From Dehalococcoidia bacterium (GTDB taxonomy: Bacteria > Chloroflexota > Dehalococcoidia > Lucifugimonadales > UBA1123): a stretch of DNA of 64,000 nt. Under the pieces are notes generated by a model that worked only from the letters and a program-made list of their open reading frames with translations, did not search any database and was not told where the DNA came from. The stretch spans positions 394,161 through 458,160 of the forward strand of contig CBDCEF010000002.1 of the NCBI GenBank assembly GCA_965215735.1. Reading direction: 5' to 3'. Within the stretch, counting starts at the first letter, position 1. Every line of letters starts with the position of its first letter. Below, one piece after another: positions 53,972 to 62,992 of this stretch. The translations under genes and the position numbers were made by a program.

Positions 53972-54696
53972 TGGTTAGCAGACGGGACAACACGTACCCC
54001 CACTTGCAGTTGAGACGTGAGGAGCCTTTCCTCCGGCGTCGCCCCGGCGGTGGCCGCCGTCCTCGTATCCCGCCACCGAACGACCCCAATGCGCACGGTG
54101 TTAGGCTCAGAGAACGCCTGCAAGCAGCCCGTGAGGCCTCTGGTCAATCTATAGGAGGTTTCGACGAGCGGCTCCTCATGAAAATCGAAATGCGCGATTA
54201 CGTTTCACCGGAAGCGATATCCAGTGCCTCAAGCGGTGTGGAAATCGTGAGCCAAGAAGAGGACAATTTAGTCTTGGCCTTTGCTACTGCAGCGCAACTG
54301 GAGACCTTCGAGGCGCGCCTCAGCGACCTTGCGGATGGACAACCGGTGACCTACGCCAACGTTATCTACGCCATGCAGGACTTCGACCAGTGGACGCGGG
54401 AGGACCGAACTGGCTGGGCTTTGCGACGAGATGGGTTCCCTGACCATGAGCGCTTTATCATCGACGTCGAGCTATGGCCCCTAAATCAGGATGAAGCAAT
54501 CGGCCAGCAGCGCCATACGTTTGAGGATTGGCTGCAGGCAAATGATGGCGAGACCATCGATTCTGTGAAGCGAGCCTACCTCACTATTTATCGGGTTCGG
54601 TGTTCCCGACAACTGGCAGAGGATTTATTGCGCTATCGTGACGTACGATTGCGCTATCCGTACGAACCGTCGATTTGCCGCCCCGTATTGGACTAG
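53968..54696 (+). CDS. N-terminal (non-catalytic) segment of the subtilase gene, separated by a frameshift; alternatively an independent 242-aa gene
   Basis: The start (GTG at 53968 or ATG at 53971) overlaps the ATPase stop. Frame A ends ..LLRYRDVRLRYPYEPSICRPVLD*. Deleting the 17-nt repeat at 54649-54665 fuses it in frame to 54675-56366. Confidence 0.6.
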   Translation: MMVSRRDNTYPHLQLRREEPFLRRRPGGGRRPRIPPPNDPNAHGVRLRERLQAAREASGQSIGGFDERLLMKIEMRDYVSPEAISSASSGVEIVSQEEDNLVLAFATAAQLETFEARLSDLADGQPVTYANVIYAMQDFDQWTREDRTGWALRRDGFPDHERFIIDVELWPLNQDEAIGQQRHTFEDWLQANDGETIDSVKRAYLTIYRVRCSRQLAEDLLRYRDVRLRYPYEPSICRPVLD

Positions 54697-56366
54697 ATCT
54701 GCAGATCCCATTAACCAGTGTGCAACAGTTGAACTCTACACCAGATCCTCCGGACGATGTCCCTGGAGTCGTCGTACTTGATTCCGGCCTAATTGGGGGA
54801 CACCCTCTTATCGCGCCCGCCGTGGGGGATGCTCAGAGCTTCATTGCTGGCAAGGGAGCAGCAGATGAACACGGACACGGCACGGCGGTTTCTGGGCTCG
54901 CTCTGTACGATGACATTGCGGACTGCATACGCAACAGAAGTTTCGTACCTGAGTTAAGGCTTTTCAGTGGGCGCATTTTGGATCATCAGAATGCAGGCGA
55001 TCCACCGCTGATCCACAACCAGGTTGATTCTGCAGTTCGCTACTTCGTGGACCATTACGATTGCCGCGTGTTCAATCTCTGCTACGGGGATCTAAACAAG
55101 CCATACCAAGGAGGGCGCGTCGCTGGTCTCGCTGTCACATTGGATGCCCTGGAGCGAGAGCTCGATGTTTTATTCGTTGTTCCCACAGGAAATTACAGTG
55201 CCGTGGACGATGGACGACCGGACTGGCGGACAGACTACCCCCACTATCTGAAATCAGATACGGCTGCCATAATTGACCCCGCGCCAGCGCTGAATGTCCT
55301 GACTGTTGGTAGCCTCGCACGATATGAGCAGGGCACTCCGAGCCAACGCTATCCCAATGATCCTGCTTACATCGCAGTAGCCAAGTCTGATCAGCCTTCG
55401 CCATTTACAAGGTGCGGGCCATCTGTAAGAGGTGCCATCAAGCCAGACTTAGTGGACTATGGTGGAAACATATTAGTCGACTCCCGGAATGGAAACCGCC
55501 GCATGGTAGGCTCGCAAGGTGTGGGTGAAATCACTACCTCACGAGAATTCGCCACAGGACGTCCATTCGTGGAGGAATCTGGCACAAGTTTTGCTGCCCC
55601 TCGGGTTGCAAATGCTGCTGCTCGGCTTTTTTCGGAGCTGCCCAATGCCAGCACTGATCTGTGTCGCGCATTATTGGTCGCGCATGCGCGTGCTCCAATC
55701 GCTTGTGCAGATCTGTACGGAGCTGACACAGACGCACTGCTAAATACAATAGGCTACGGTCTGGTGGATCGCTCGGCACTCTATAGGTCGTTGGACAATT
55801 GTGTGACGCTCTGGGCGGAAGATCGAATAGAAGACCAGCGACACCACTTCTATGAGGTACCGGTCCCCGAGGGATTCTGGGAAGGAGGCAGGCGTACCCG
55901 CGAGTTGACTGTATCCTTGGCATATAGACCTGCAGTCCGGACTACTCGGATTGATTACCGGGCATGCTCTGTAAAGTTTAAGCTGGTTCAAGCGAACTCC
56001 CTAGACCAGGCTGCGCAGTGGTTCGACGCTGACGTCCAAGTCGCTGAGGACGAGGTGGGAAATGGCAGGGAACGAGGTGCTGGGAGAGGGTTGACCGAAA
56101 CAGCACGGTCTAGGGGTACTGTGCAGGCATCTACTTGGACATTCACGCAACCATCGAGGGTCATTCGCCAGTCATCTTGGTTTGTCGTAGTTACCCGTAA
56201 TGGTCCTGCGTGGGGCGAAAGTATTTCCTTCGAGCGGGAGCCGTATGCCTTAGTTGTTAATCTCTCAGAGCGAGTTGAGCAGCAAACACAGTTATCTGTC
56301 CTTCCGCTCTATTCGCAGATGCGGGCCTTGCTACAGGGTAGAGCACGAGGGTCGATCAGGATTTGA
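54675..56366 (+). CDS. subtilase (peptidase S8) domain protein, IetS-like; lacks an ATG start
   Basis: The catalytic triad occurs in D-H-S order: VVVLDSG, EHGHGTAVSG and ESGTSFAAPRVANAAARL. Only a TTG lies at 54675, and the frame is open from 54642. A C-terminal domain of about 200 aa follows the protease. Confidence 0.8.
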   Translation: MPPRIGLDLQIPLTSVQQLNSTPDPPDDVPGVVVLDSGLIGGHPLIAPAVGDAQSFIAGKGAADEHGHGTAVSGLALYDDIADCIRNRSFVPELRLFSGRILDHQNAGDPPLIHNQVDSAVRYFVDHYDCRVFNLCYGDLNKPYQGGRVAGLAVTLDALERELDVLFVVPTGNYSAVDDGRPDWRTDYPHYLKSDTAAIIDPAPALNVLTVGSLARYEQGTPSQRYPNDPAYIAVAKSDQPSPFTRCGPSVRGAIKPDLVDYGGNILVDSRNGNRRMVGSQGVGEITTSREFATGRPFVEESGTSFAAPRVANAAARLFSELPNASTDLCRALLVAHARAPIACADLYGADTDALLNTIGYGLVDRSALYRSLDNCVTLWAEDRIEDQRHHFYEVPVPEGFWEGGRRTRELTVSLAYRPAVRTTRIDYRACSVKFKLVQANSLDQAAQWFDADVQVAEDEVGNGRERGAGRGLTETARSRGTVQASTWTFTQPSRVIRQSSWFVVVTRNGPAWGESISFEREPYALVVNLSERVEQQTQLSVLPLYSQMRALLQGRARGSIRI

Positions 56367-56487
56367 TACGAAGGTGCGGCATTCAGCCCCTGGCGCCTCC
56401 GCAATCGTGTTTGAGATGGGACATCGTTCACAGTGAGTGAAACTAAATCCACGACCTCGGGGGACAGTCGTGGGACTGTGTTCCTGT

Positions 56488-56525
56488 CACCGCCACAGCG
56501 GCCTGTTTTTCGCCCGCCCTTGACA
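56488..56525 (+). repeat. solo copy of the IS21 right-end terminal repeat
   Basis: CACCGCCACAGCGGCCTGTTTTTCGCCCGCCCTTGACA compares with CCGCCGCCCCAGTGGTCTGTTATCCGCCCGCCCTTGACA at 52437-52474, in the same orientation. Confidence 0.7.
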
Positions 56526-56552
56526 GGGTCTCAGACGACGGTGACGCTCACC

Positions 56553-56827
56553 ATGAACAACTCCGAGGCTAGCCATGTCATCAAGCTCGGTGGGGTGACC
56601 GACGCGGAAGACCCAGCGCACACCTATGCCGTGACGGAGAGGGAGAAGGAGATACTCACACAGTTCGCAAGGGGCATGTCCTACTCTGCCATCGCCGAGG
56701 CCAGAGGCAACAAGCCGGCGACTGTCCGCAACACCATCTTTGCCATACAGACAAGCTGGGATCAGACTCGAAGCAGGAGGTCGTCGTCTGGGCCGTGCAA
56801 AACGGCCTGCTGGATCGATCGGACTAA
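56553..56827 (+). pseudogene. small LuxR-type HTH regulator with a 1-nt frameshift
   Basis: ..TEREKEILTQFARGMSYSAIAEARGNKPATVRNTIFAIQ is in frame 0. The expected continuation DKLGSDSKQEVVVWAVQNGLLDRSD* is in frame +1 from about 56750. Confidence 0.6.
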
Positions 56828-56980
56828 GGCGACTTCGTTCATAACTCCTCGGCCTCGACATTCACCGATCCCATTGAGCGGAGTGATGTTAGTCCACATC
56901 TCCCCTCTTTTCATTCGCACTCTATTAGTTATGTCAAGCTAGACGAGCCAGAGAGGCTGAAAGCGAGCTGGCGGACGCGC

Positions 56981-57685
56981 CTAGCCCAGCTCCTCCAGAC
57001 GTGCCCTGAGCCTGCGCACCTCAGCCTCGGCATCCCGTCGAGCTTTGGCTTCCGCCTCCGCACGAGCGGTCTCCTCCCGGTGGCTGAGCAGATAGCTCTC
57101 GGTCACGGAGTCGAAGAACCGCAGGCTCCCGTGCTCCCAGCACACGTGAAGCCCCAGCGTCTCGCTGTAACCGCGCCAGACTCCATCGCCGAGCTGCTCC
57201 ACCTCCAGCGGCTCGTACACACCGTCAACCAGACGGTCGCCGGCGAGCGCGGCATCATAGTGGTCGCCGCCGCTCGGATCGAAGCGCCAGTACTCGGGTA
57301 TCCCGTAGCGCGCATAGTCCAGGCGCTTGTCCGTGTAGTCGGTCACCCCCGTCGTCGGCGAGGCAACCTCAAGGACGAAGTCCGGCGGCCTTTCCATCAG
57401 CGCCAGCGCATAGCCGCGACGCTCCTCGATCAATTCGCGGTCGCAGTCGAACGCCACCAGCAGGTCGGGTATCCGGATGTCGTCACGGTCGGACAGGTCG
57501 GGGCCTACGGGCACCTCGCTGGCCACGACGGTGTTGGGCAGCTCCGTGAAGTAGACCGACAGCGCTGTCAGGACGGCGGAGTCGTAGAGGTGGAGCCAGT
57601 TCTGCATATCGTCCCGGGGCGTGAAGACGGGGAATCGGGCGATCCCGTCAGCTTCCTGCATGAGAGTGGTCGTCTTGCTGGTCAT
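56981..57685 (-). CDS. Uma2-family endonuclease, paralog 5
   Basis: Blocks present: IPDLLVAFD, PPDFVLEVASPTT, PEYWRFDPSGG. The tail ends in RRLRARLEELG. The start is taken at MTSKTTT. Confidence 0.85.
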   Translation of the reverse strand: MTSKTTTLMQEADGIARFPVFTPRDDMQNWLHLYDSAVLTALSVYFTELPNTVVASEVPVGPDLSDRDDIRIPDLLVAFDCDRELIEERRGYALALMERPPDFVLEVASPTTGVTDYTDKRLDYARYGIPEYWRFDPSGGDHYDAALAGDRLVDGVYEPLEVEQLGDGVWRGYSETLGLHVCWEHGSLRFFDSVTESYLLSHREETARAEAEAKARRDAEAEVRRLRARLEELG

Positions 57686-57959
57686 CGCGGACCTCGGGTG
57701 CCTCGTGGGCCAACTGGTGACAGTATACCACTGGGGTCTCGGGTGCCTGGAACTCATAGAGGATGGGCTGGGTGGGCGTCTCTACATTGTCCTGGCGGAC
57801 CGCGGCTCGACAGAGCGGACGATTCCCAGGGGTCGTGGTATTGCGGGTGGGCCGGTCTGTAAACAGGTTCTCCACGCCGCTCCCTGTGCGTCGGTTTCCG
57901 CGCCGGGCAGATTGCGGTCCTCGACGGCCTTGTCCGGCGTGAGTGGACTCCGGGGGGGT

Positions 57960-58664
57960 ATGAGGGTGCTCAGACACGGCCTGAGAGGGCGTGTGGCGCG
58001 CCTCCAGGTCGATTCCCTGGCTGCACAGGAAGACAGTGAATGGGGAGCGATCGTCGTGGACGACGCATCGACAAATGGGTTTGGCGAATACGCCGAGGTG
58101 CTGCTGGCTCCCTTTGCAGATCGGGTCACGCTCGTGCAGAACGAGACGAGGCGCGGCACCCTCCACAACACCTGGAAAGCCGTCACCGGGCTCTGCACCA
58201 ATCCCGAGACCGTCATCATCACACTGGACGCTGACGACGCCCTCATAGGCAGGCACGTCCTGTGCAGGGTGCGGGCCGAGTATGCGGACGGAGCCGACCT
58301 GACGGTGGGCTGTATGCTCAGGATGGACAAGGAGGCCGACTACCCCGCTGACCTCGATAACCCACGATCATGGCGAAGCAACGTGTGGCAGCACCTGCGC
58401 ACCTTCAGGAAGTACTTGTTCGATGCCATCGACGTCAATGACCTCAAGCTGGACGGCGAGTGGATCGACTTGGCCAACGACTGGGCCTTCTTGGTCCCGA
58501 TGGTCGAGATGGCCAGCAGTCCGAGGCACGTACAGGACAAACTCTACCTGTATGAACCGGCCTCACCCAGAAGTGACCAGTACAGGCGCCGGAGGGATTC
58601 GATCATCCAGAGAATACTGGCGAAACCGCGGTATTCAAGGCTGGTGCCTCAGAGACACGCTTGA
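57960..58664 (+). CDS. GT-A fold (family 2-like) glycosyltransferase, possibly N-terminally truncated
   Basis: IVVDDASTNG and ITLDADDAL (the DxD region) are present. The start is uncertain; the ORF is open from 57621 but overlaps the divergent Uma2 gene. Confidence 0.45.
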   Translation: MRVLRHGLRGRVARLQVDSLAAQEDSEWGAIVVDDASTNGFGEYAEVLLAPFADRVTLVQNETRRGTLHNTWKAVTGLCTNPETVIITLDADDALIGRHVLCRVRAEYADGADLTVGCMLRMDKEADYPADLDNPRSWRSNVWQHLRTFRKYLFDAIDVNDLKLDGEWIDLANDWAFLVPMVEMASSPRHVQDKLYLYEPASPRSDQYRRRRDSIIQRILAKPRYSRLVPQRHA

Positions 58665-58822
58665 ATCCGACTCCCGAGTTCGACGGCGGCGGCCCTGACA
58701 ACTGAGAGAATAGGGCTGTTTAGTCAATCAGTGTGTAGTGTCACGTTCTGATACTACACACTACACCCCTGTGGGATAGCAGGGTACGATCAAGTAGACT
58801 CGGTTCCCTTACCCCTTACCGG

Positions 58823-58966
58823 TCAGGAAGCCTTTCCTAGCCTGAACATCGTGGTGCTGCACCGGGCGCAGGTGCCCCTTGTGGCTGCTCTGCCATTCTT
58901 CATCGTGACCTGCTGGGCGTTCTGGATCTCGCGGCTCTCTCGACACTTCAGGCAGTATCCGGTCAT
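58823..58966 (-). CDS. DUF5679-like zinc-ribbon protein (47 aa)
   Basis: Hand translation gives MTGYCLKCRESREIQNAQQVTMKNGRAATRGTCARCSTTMFRLGKAS*. The AAGGAAA RBS lies 5 nt upstream. The ORF is below the size cutoff of the ORF track. Confidence 0.6.
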   Translation of the reverse strand: MTGYCLKCRESREIQNAQQVTMKNGRAATRGTCARCSTTMFRLGKAS

Positions 58967-59129
58967 TAAGTTTTCCTTTCGGTGCTAAGCGTCCTTACGT
59001 AGGCCGACTAGTTTAATTGGCAGACAGGTAGGATCATATCATTGAGGCTTGGACAACAGAGAGGAACTACTCCCTGCATCCGGTGGCGTGGACAGGCAGT
59101 GTACTCAACTGCGGTCCAGCACCAGACCC

Positions 59130-59300
59130 TCACGGCACGGCCGCCAGGCTTCCAGCCGGATCCGGCACCAGGGACATGTAGATGAGCGTCGTCTGGATCA
59201 ACGAGTGTCCAAGCCAGCAGGACAGGTAGTTGACCGGATGCCGTATACCAACAGGTGGATGGCACAGCTTATGGCTCGCCCTATAACAATTATGCCAACA
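59130..59300 (-). pseudogene. C-terminal remnant of a tyrosine recombinase/integrase
   Basis: The minus-strand frame gives HPVNYLSCWLGHSLIQTTLIYMSLVPDPAGSLAAVP*, which contains the box II motif LGHxxxxxTxxY. The upstream part (..AISCAIHLLVYGI) is in another frame, so the gene is degraded. Confidence 0.5.
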
Positions 59301-59842
59301 ACTGGTCGTGAAGACGGACGGTACATGGGCTATTTTCTGCGGGTCTATATTAGTGCAATGACTGCTACGGTTTGATCGAGTGCGAGGTAGCAGGTCAAGT
59401 AGTCTGTTACTGTGACGATCGACTCTTCTTGGCGGGTCCCTCCGTGTTCATGCCAGGCCTGCCCAGTTCGTCCTCTCGGCCTAACGCCACTATACGTGGA
59501 TGAGGACCAGGCCTGGCCCCGCTCGTGGGTGGAAGGTTCGCAGACTTCTTCAGTGTGCGTGCATTCAGCATCAGCTTTGAGTGGATCGATCCTGACGGAG
59601 TCGCGGGCCTCCCGGGCTTCATGTTTACAGGTTACGATTTCCTGTTCGTCGTTTCGTTCGCGCTCGGTCTCATCGCGTCAAAAACACTCGCTGCTATTCG
59701 GGAGGATGGCGAGGCGGACCGCGAAACGGTGATGGAGGAGTTGTTGGCCGGTACGGCCGACATGACACGCGCGGTTAGTTCAATCCCCGGGCTGAGGCTG
59801 GCCGCTCAGTTGCCGTAAAGTTATCTCCGGCACGTTCCGGGC

Positions 59843-60397
59843 GTGGATGTTGCGGTGGGTGTGACCGCATACCAGTTGGCATCTTCCACACGGGCGGCGA
59901 CCGCTGCTGCAGGACGGGGAGCAGCGTCGGCGGAGGACATTGCCAGGACCGTATCCGCAACTGTGCAGAGTGTGACCGGACCAGTCGCAAACATCGGAGA
60001 AGTGGGGGCTGAGGTCGCGAGACACTCAGCCAGGGGCGTGCTGCATGCGGCCAACGAGGTGGACCATAGCGTCGAGACACTTGCCGGTGGAGCCCTCATT
60101 GGAGCGTCGCGCACGATGGGAAGGACTGTGTCGGGCTCGGTCCATGCGATAGAGGGGGCTGCTCACGGGATAGTGCATGGCGCCCACGAGGCTGGTGCGA
60201 GCGTTTACCGGGCAGTGGCCGGTACTCTTGAGAGCGCAAGAGATGTGTCACGCACCCTGGGACTCACGGAGCAGGAGGCGTTTGAGAGTGCAGCGGACAG
60301 CGCACTGGAAGCTGCTGAAGAAATCGGGCCGGAGGTGGTCGCCGAGGTAACCAGGGCCATAAAGGCAGCAGATGTCGACGGTCCGTCTACAAATTGA
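59843..60397 (+). CDS. hypothetical Ala/Gly-rich protein
   Basis: A 184-aa ORF of low complexity with amphipathic repeats (..A.G...GA..) and a GTG start. Coding status is uncertain. Confidence 0.3.
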   Translation: MDVAVGVTAYQLASSTRAATAAAGRGAASAEDIARTVSATVQSVTGPVANIGEVGAEVARHSARGVLHAANEVDHSVETLAGGALIGASRTMGRTVSGSVHAIEGAAHGIVHGAHEAGASVYRAVAGTLESARDVSRTLGLTEQEAFESAADSALEAAEEIGPEVVAEVTRAIKAADVDGPSTN

Positions 60398-60610
60398 TCG
60401 CTGTCTTGGATAGACCGAACAGCGGCGTCTACCGTCCTGCGAAGAGCATGGGCCAATTGCAGTCCAAATGCGAATGCCTCGGGGTGTTCCGGGGCGTTAC
60501 TATTCCACCTCCATTTCCGTCCTACATGTATTATTTGTAAGTGAGAGGCCCTGCGACAGCGGTGTTGCGACTTCCCGCGTTCAGTCTTTGGCGATTCATC
60601 GTTCAGGAGC

Positions 60611-62524
60611 ATGACCATAGACGTTCTGCTCTCATTACCCACTGCCGGTCTATCGGAGGGTAGCGCCACCCTCCTGAAGGACTTCGCCATTGCAATGGTG
60701 ATTGCCGCCGCCGGCCTGGCACTGGCAAGGCTGATCAGGCAGCCTCCGGTGCTCGGGTACCTGGTGACCGGGATGTTGATCGGGCCGTTCACGCTGCCGA
60801 GACCTCTCATCAGCAACCTGGATACCATCGGGCTGCTGGCCGAGCTGGGACTCATCCTGCTGCTCTTCGGTATCGGCCTGGAGCTGGGCTGGCGGCGTAT
60901 TCGCAATATCGGGTTTCCGGTAATGGTGATTGGCGTCGTGGAAATCAGCGTGCTGACCCTCTTCGGCATCTGGACCGCCAGCGTCTTCCCTGGCATCGAC
61001 TCGAGCCACGGTCTCTATCTGGGTGGCGCGATCGCCATCAGCAGCTCTGCCATTCTATTGAAGGGGTTGCGTGACAGTGGCAATCTCAACGCTGGCTGGG
61101 GTCGGACAATCGTCGGCATCCTGCTGGTTGAGGATTTCGCCGCCGTGATACTGCTGACCATCCTGTCAGGCCTGGCGACTACGGGCACAGCGAGTCTGGC
61201 CGACGCGGGGTTGCTGGTACTCAAGCTGGGTATCTTCTGTATCGTCGTTTTGGTGATAGGCACCATGCTGGTCCCCAGACTGACGCAACTGTTGTCACGG
61301 TCCCAGTCGGACGAAACTTTGCTGCTGGCCAGCCTGGGTTTCTGCTTCCTCCTCGCGCTGTGCGCCACCCTTCTGGGTCTGTCTCCAGCCGCGGGAGCCT
61401 TCCTCATTGGGGTGGTGATTGGCGATACGGAAGCCTCCGGGCGGATCACAAGAATGGTCACGCCGGTTCGTGATATGTTCGGCGCCCTGTTCTTCCTCTC
61501 CATTGGAATGCTCATCGACTACCGTGTCCTGGGAGACTACATAGTGCCGGCGCTGGTGGTGGTGGCAGTGTTCATGGTCGGGAAGATTGCCGCCAATACG
61601 GTCGGCTCCATACTGGCTGGCCAAAGACCCGGGGATGCGCTGCGAGTGGGTATGACGATGCCGCAGATGGGCGAATTCTCCCTGGCGATAGGCCGTCTCA
61701 GCCCTGCCGACGTGGTGGGTGGAACGGCGCTTGGGCCGGTGCTGTCACTCTGCACTGCCATCACCTCGGTGTTGGCCCCCCTGACCAGCCGTGCCGCGGT
61801 TCCTCTGTCCGGGTGGGCCGGCCAACACACACCCGCACCGCTGCGAAAGATCATGCTCGCGATCATGCTCGGGGTGCGTATCTTCTGGTCAGCCCTGTCC
61901 CTGACCGGAGAGACCGGCGGGCAGCTCCGCGATGTCGGACGGGGGATTCTGATCAACGTCGCCATCATCGGCGTACTCTGCGCCGCCGGGACGGGGGTGC
62001 TGTACGTTGCTCCGGAGGCGCTCAGAAATCTACTTCCATGGCCTGTGGGGATCACCGGACTGCTAATCCTGGGGGTGGTGGTCGGCCTGAGCGCGCCGTC
62101 GGCGATCCGAATCTGGCATTCACTGGGTACTCTCGCCCGTCTTGCTACCAGCGTACCTCAATTTCAGCCTTTCGGTACCGGGAGGCCTGAGCGCTGGCGG
62201 ACGTGGCAGACGATGGTTGAATATGGGCTTGCAACGGTGTTGCTGGGGCTGTTGTTCCTGTTGAGTCTTCCCTTTGTTGTCAAGCTGTTCTCCCTGGGCA
62301 GTCTGTCAGTCCCACTCTCACTGATCCTGTTGGTCTTGCCCGCGCTGGCGGTGGGGGTATTCAGCTTCCGGCTACACCTGATATTGGAGCCGGCATTCAG
62401 AGATACGTTCCTTGACGAGTCAGTAAGTTCCGGGGACCCTCCGGATACTGGCTCTCAGGAAGCGGTTGACGTGGAGTCACAGTCAACAGACTCCCACCCG
62501 CAGCGTACCGAGGACGTTCAATAG
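60611..62524 (+). CDS. cation:proton antiporter (CPA2 / Kef-type Na+/H+ exchanger family)
   Basis: IGLLAELGLILLLFGIGLELG is the signature region. About 13 TM segments are present, and AGGAG precedes the ATG. Confidence 0.85.
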   Translation: MTIDVLLSLPTAGLSEGSATLLKDFAIAMVIAAAGLALARLIRQPPVLGYLVTGMLIGPFTLPRPLISNLDTIGLLAELGLILLLFGIGLELGWRRIRNIGFPVMVIGVVEISVLTLFGIWTASVFPGIDSSHGLYLGGAIAISSSAILLKGLRDSGNLNAGWGRTIVGILLVEDFAAVILLTILSGLATTGTASLADAGLLVLKLGIFCIVVLVIGTMLVPRLTQLLSRSQSDETLLLASLGFCFLLALCATLLGLSPAAGAFLIGVVIGDTEASGRITRMVTPVRDMFGALFFLSIGMLIDYRVLGDYIVPALVVVAVFMVGKIAANTVGSILAGQRPGDALRVGMTMPQMGEFSLAIGRLSPADVVGGTALGPVLSLCTAITSVLAPLTSRAAVPLSGWAGQHTPAPLRKIMLAIMLGVRIFWSALSLTGETGGQLRDVGRGILINVAIIGVLCAAGTGVLYVAPEALRNLLPWPVGITGLLILGVVVGLSAPSAIRIWHSLGTLARLATSVPQFQPFGTGRPERWRTWQTMVEYGLATVLLGLLFLLSLPFVVKLFSLGSLSVPLSLILLVLPALAVGVFSFRLHLILEPAFRDTFLDESVSSGDPPDTGSQEAVDVESQSTDSHPQRTEDVQ

Positions 62525-62658
62525 ACGCCGGTCAATCCCTTGAAGTCTCCCGGAGTCGAGAGCATGGCTGTGCGAGAGGACGATATCGAGGGCCGGCACC
62601 GTGTTCCGAAGTCCCGGGCAAACCGAGGGATACAGGGTAAGCCGCATTGGTCTTCTGA

Positions 62659-62934
62659 TTGGTGCTCTGGGCGTCAACTGAAAAGTCGCTGAAACTTCAG
62701 ATAGCAAGGTGGAGAGCTGTACAGAAGGCGAAGCGCAGGGGGGTGTCGATTCGAGGGATTGCTCGGGAGTTGGGTATCCATAGGAGCACGGCCAGGAAGT
62801 ACATGGAAGCTGAGAGTCCGTCCTTGGCGCGCGCTCGAGTACCAGCGGAACCCACTTGAACTGATAACATTCCGAACTGAGCGGGTGACATTTTCCCTGA
62901 ACAGTTAGGCGGACATAATCGCTGAACATCGACA
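62659..62934 (+). mobile_element. 3' fragment of a third, diverged ISNCY-like element
   Basis: The ORF tail LQIARWRAVQKAKRRGVSIRGIARELGIHRSTARKYMEAESP parallels KQIARWEAVHAAKRRGLSIRAITRETGVHRETVRKYLKTDSP. The end GGTGACATTTTCCCTGAACAGTTAGGCGGACATAATCGCTGAACATCGACA matches the right end of copies A and B. Confidence 0.7.
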
Positions 62935-62992
62935 CCCTTGACAAGAAATCTCATGTTCGTAGGTATCCGGGCATCCCGTGTTAAACGACATG

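Noticed and set aside
58731-58760. A perfect 9-bp stem (GTGTGTAGT...ACTACACAC) with a 12-nt loop downstream of the GT-A gene, considered as an intrinsic terminator.
   Set aside because: No U-tract follows it, and the stem is AT/GT-rich rather than GC-rich. It cannot be distinguished from chance or from a protein-binding site.
59525-59818. A 97-aa ORF with one hydrophobic stretch upstream of the Ala/Gly-rich ORF, considered as the C-terminal fragment of a transporter.
   Set aside because: It has no recognisable motif, no convincing start or RBS, and lies next to an integrase remnant. The evidence is insufficient to call it.
62935-62943. CCCTTGACA immediately after the ISNCY-like fragment is identical to the last 9 nt of the IS21 right end. 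This hinted at a second insertion into an IS21 terminus.
   Set aside because: Only 9 nt match. A 9-mer is expected by chance roughly once in two strands of 64 kb, and no further IS21-like sequence flanks it.
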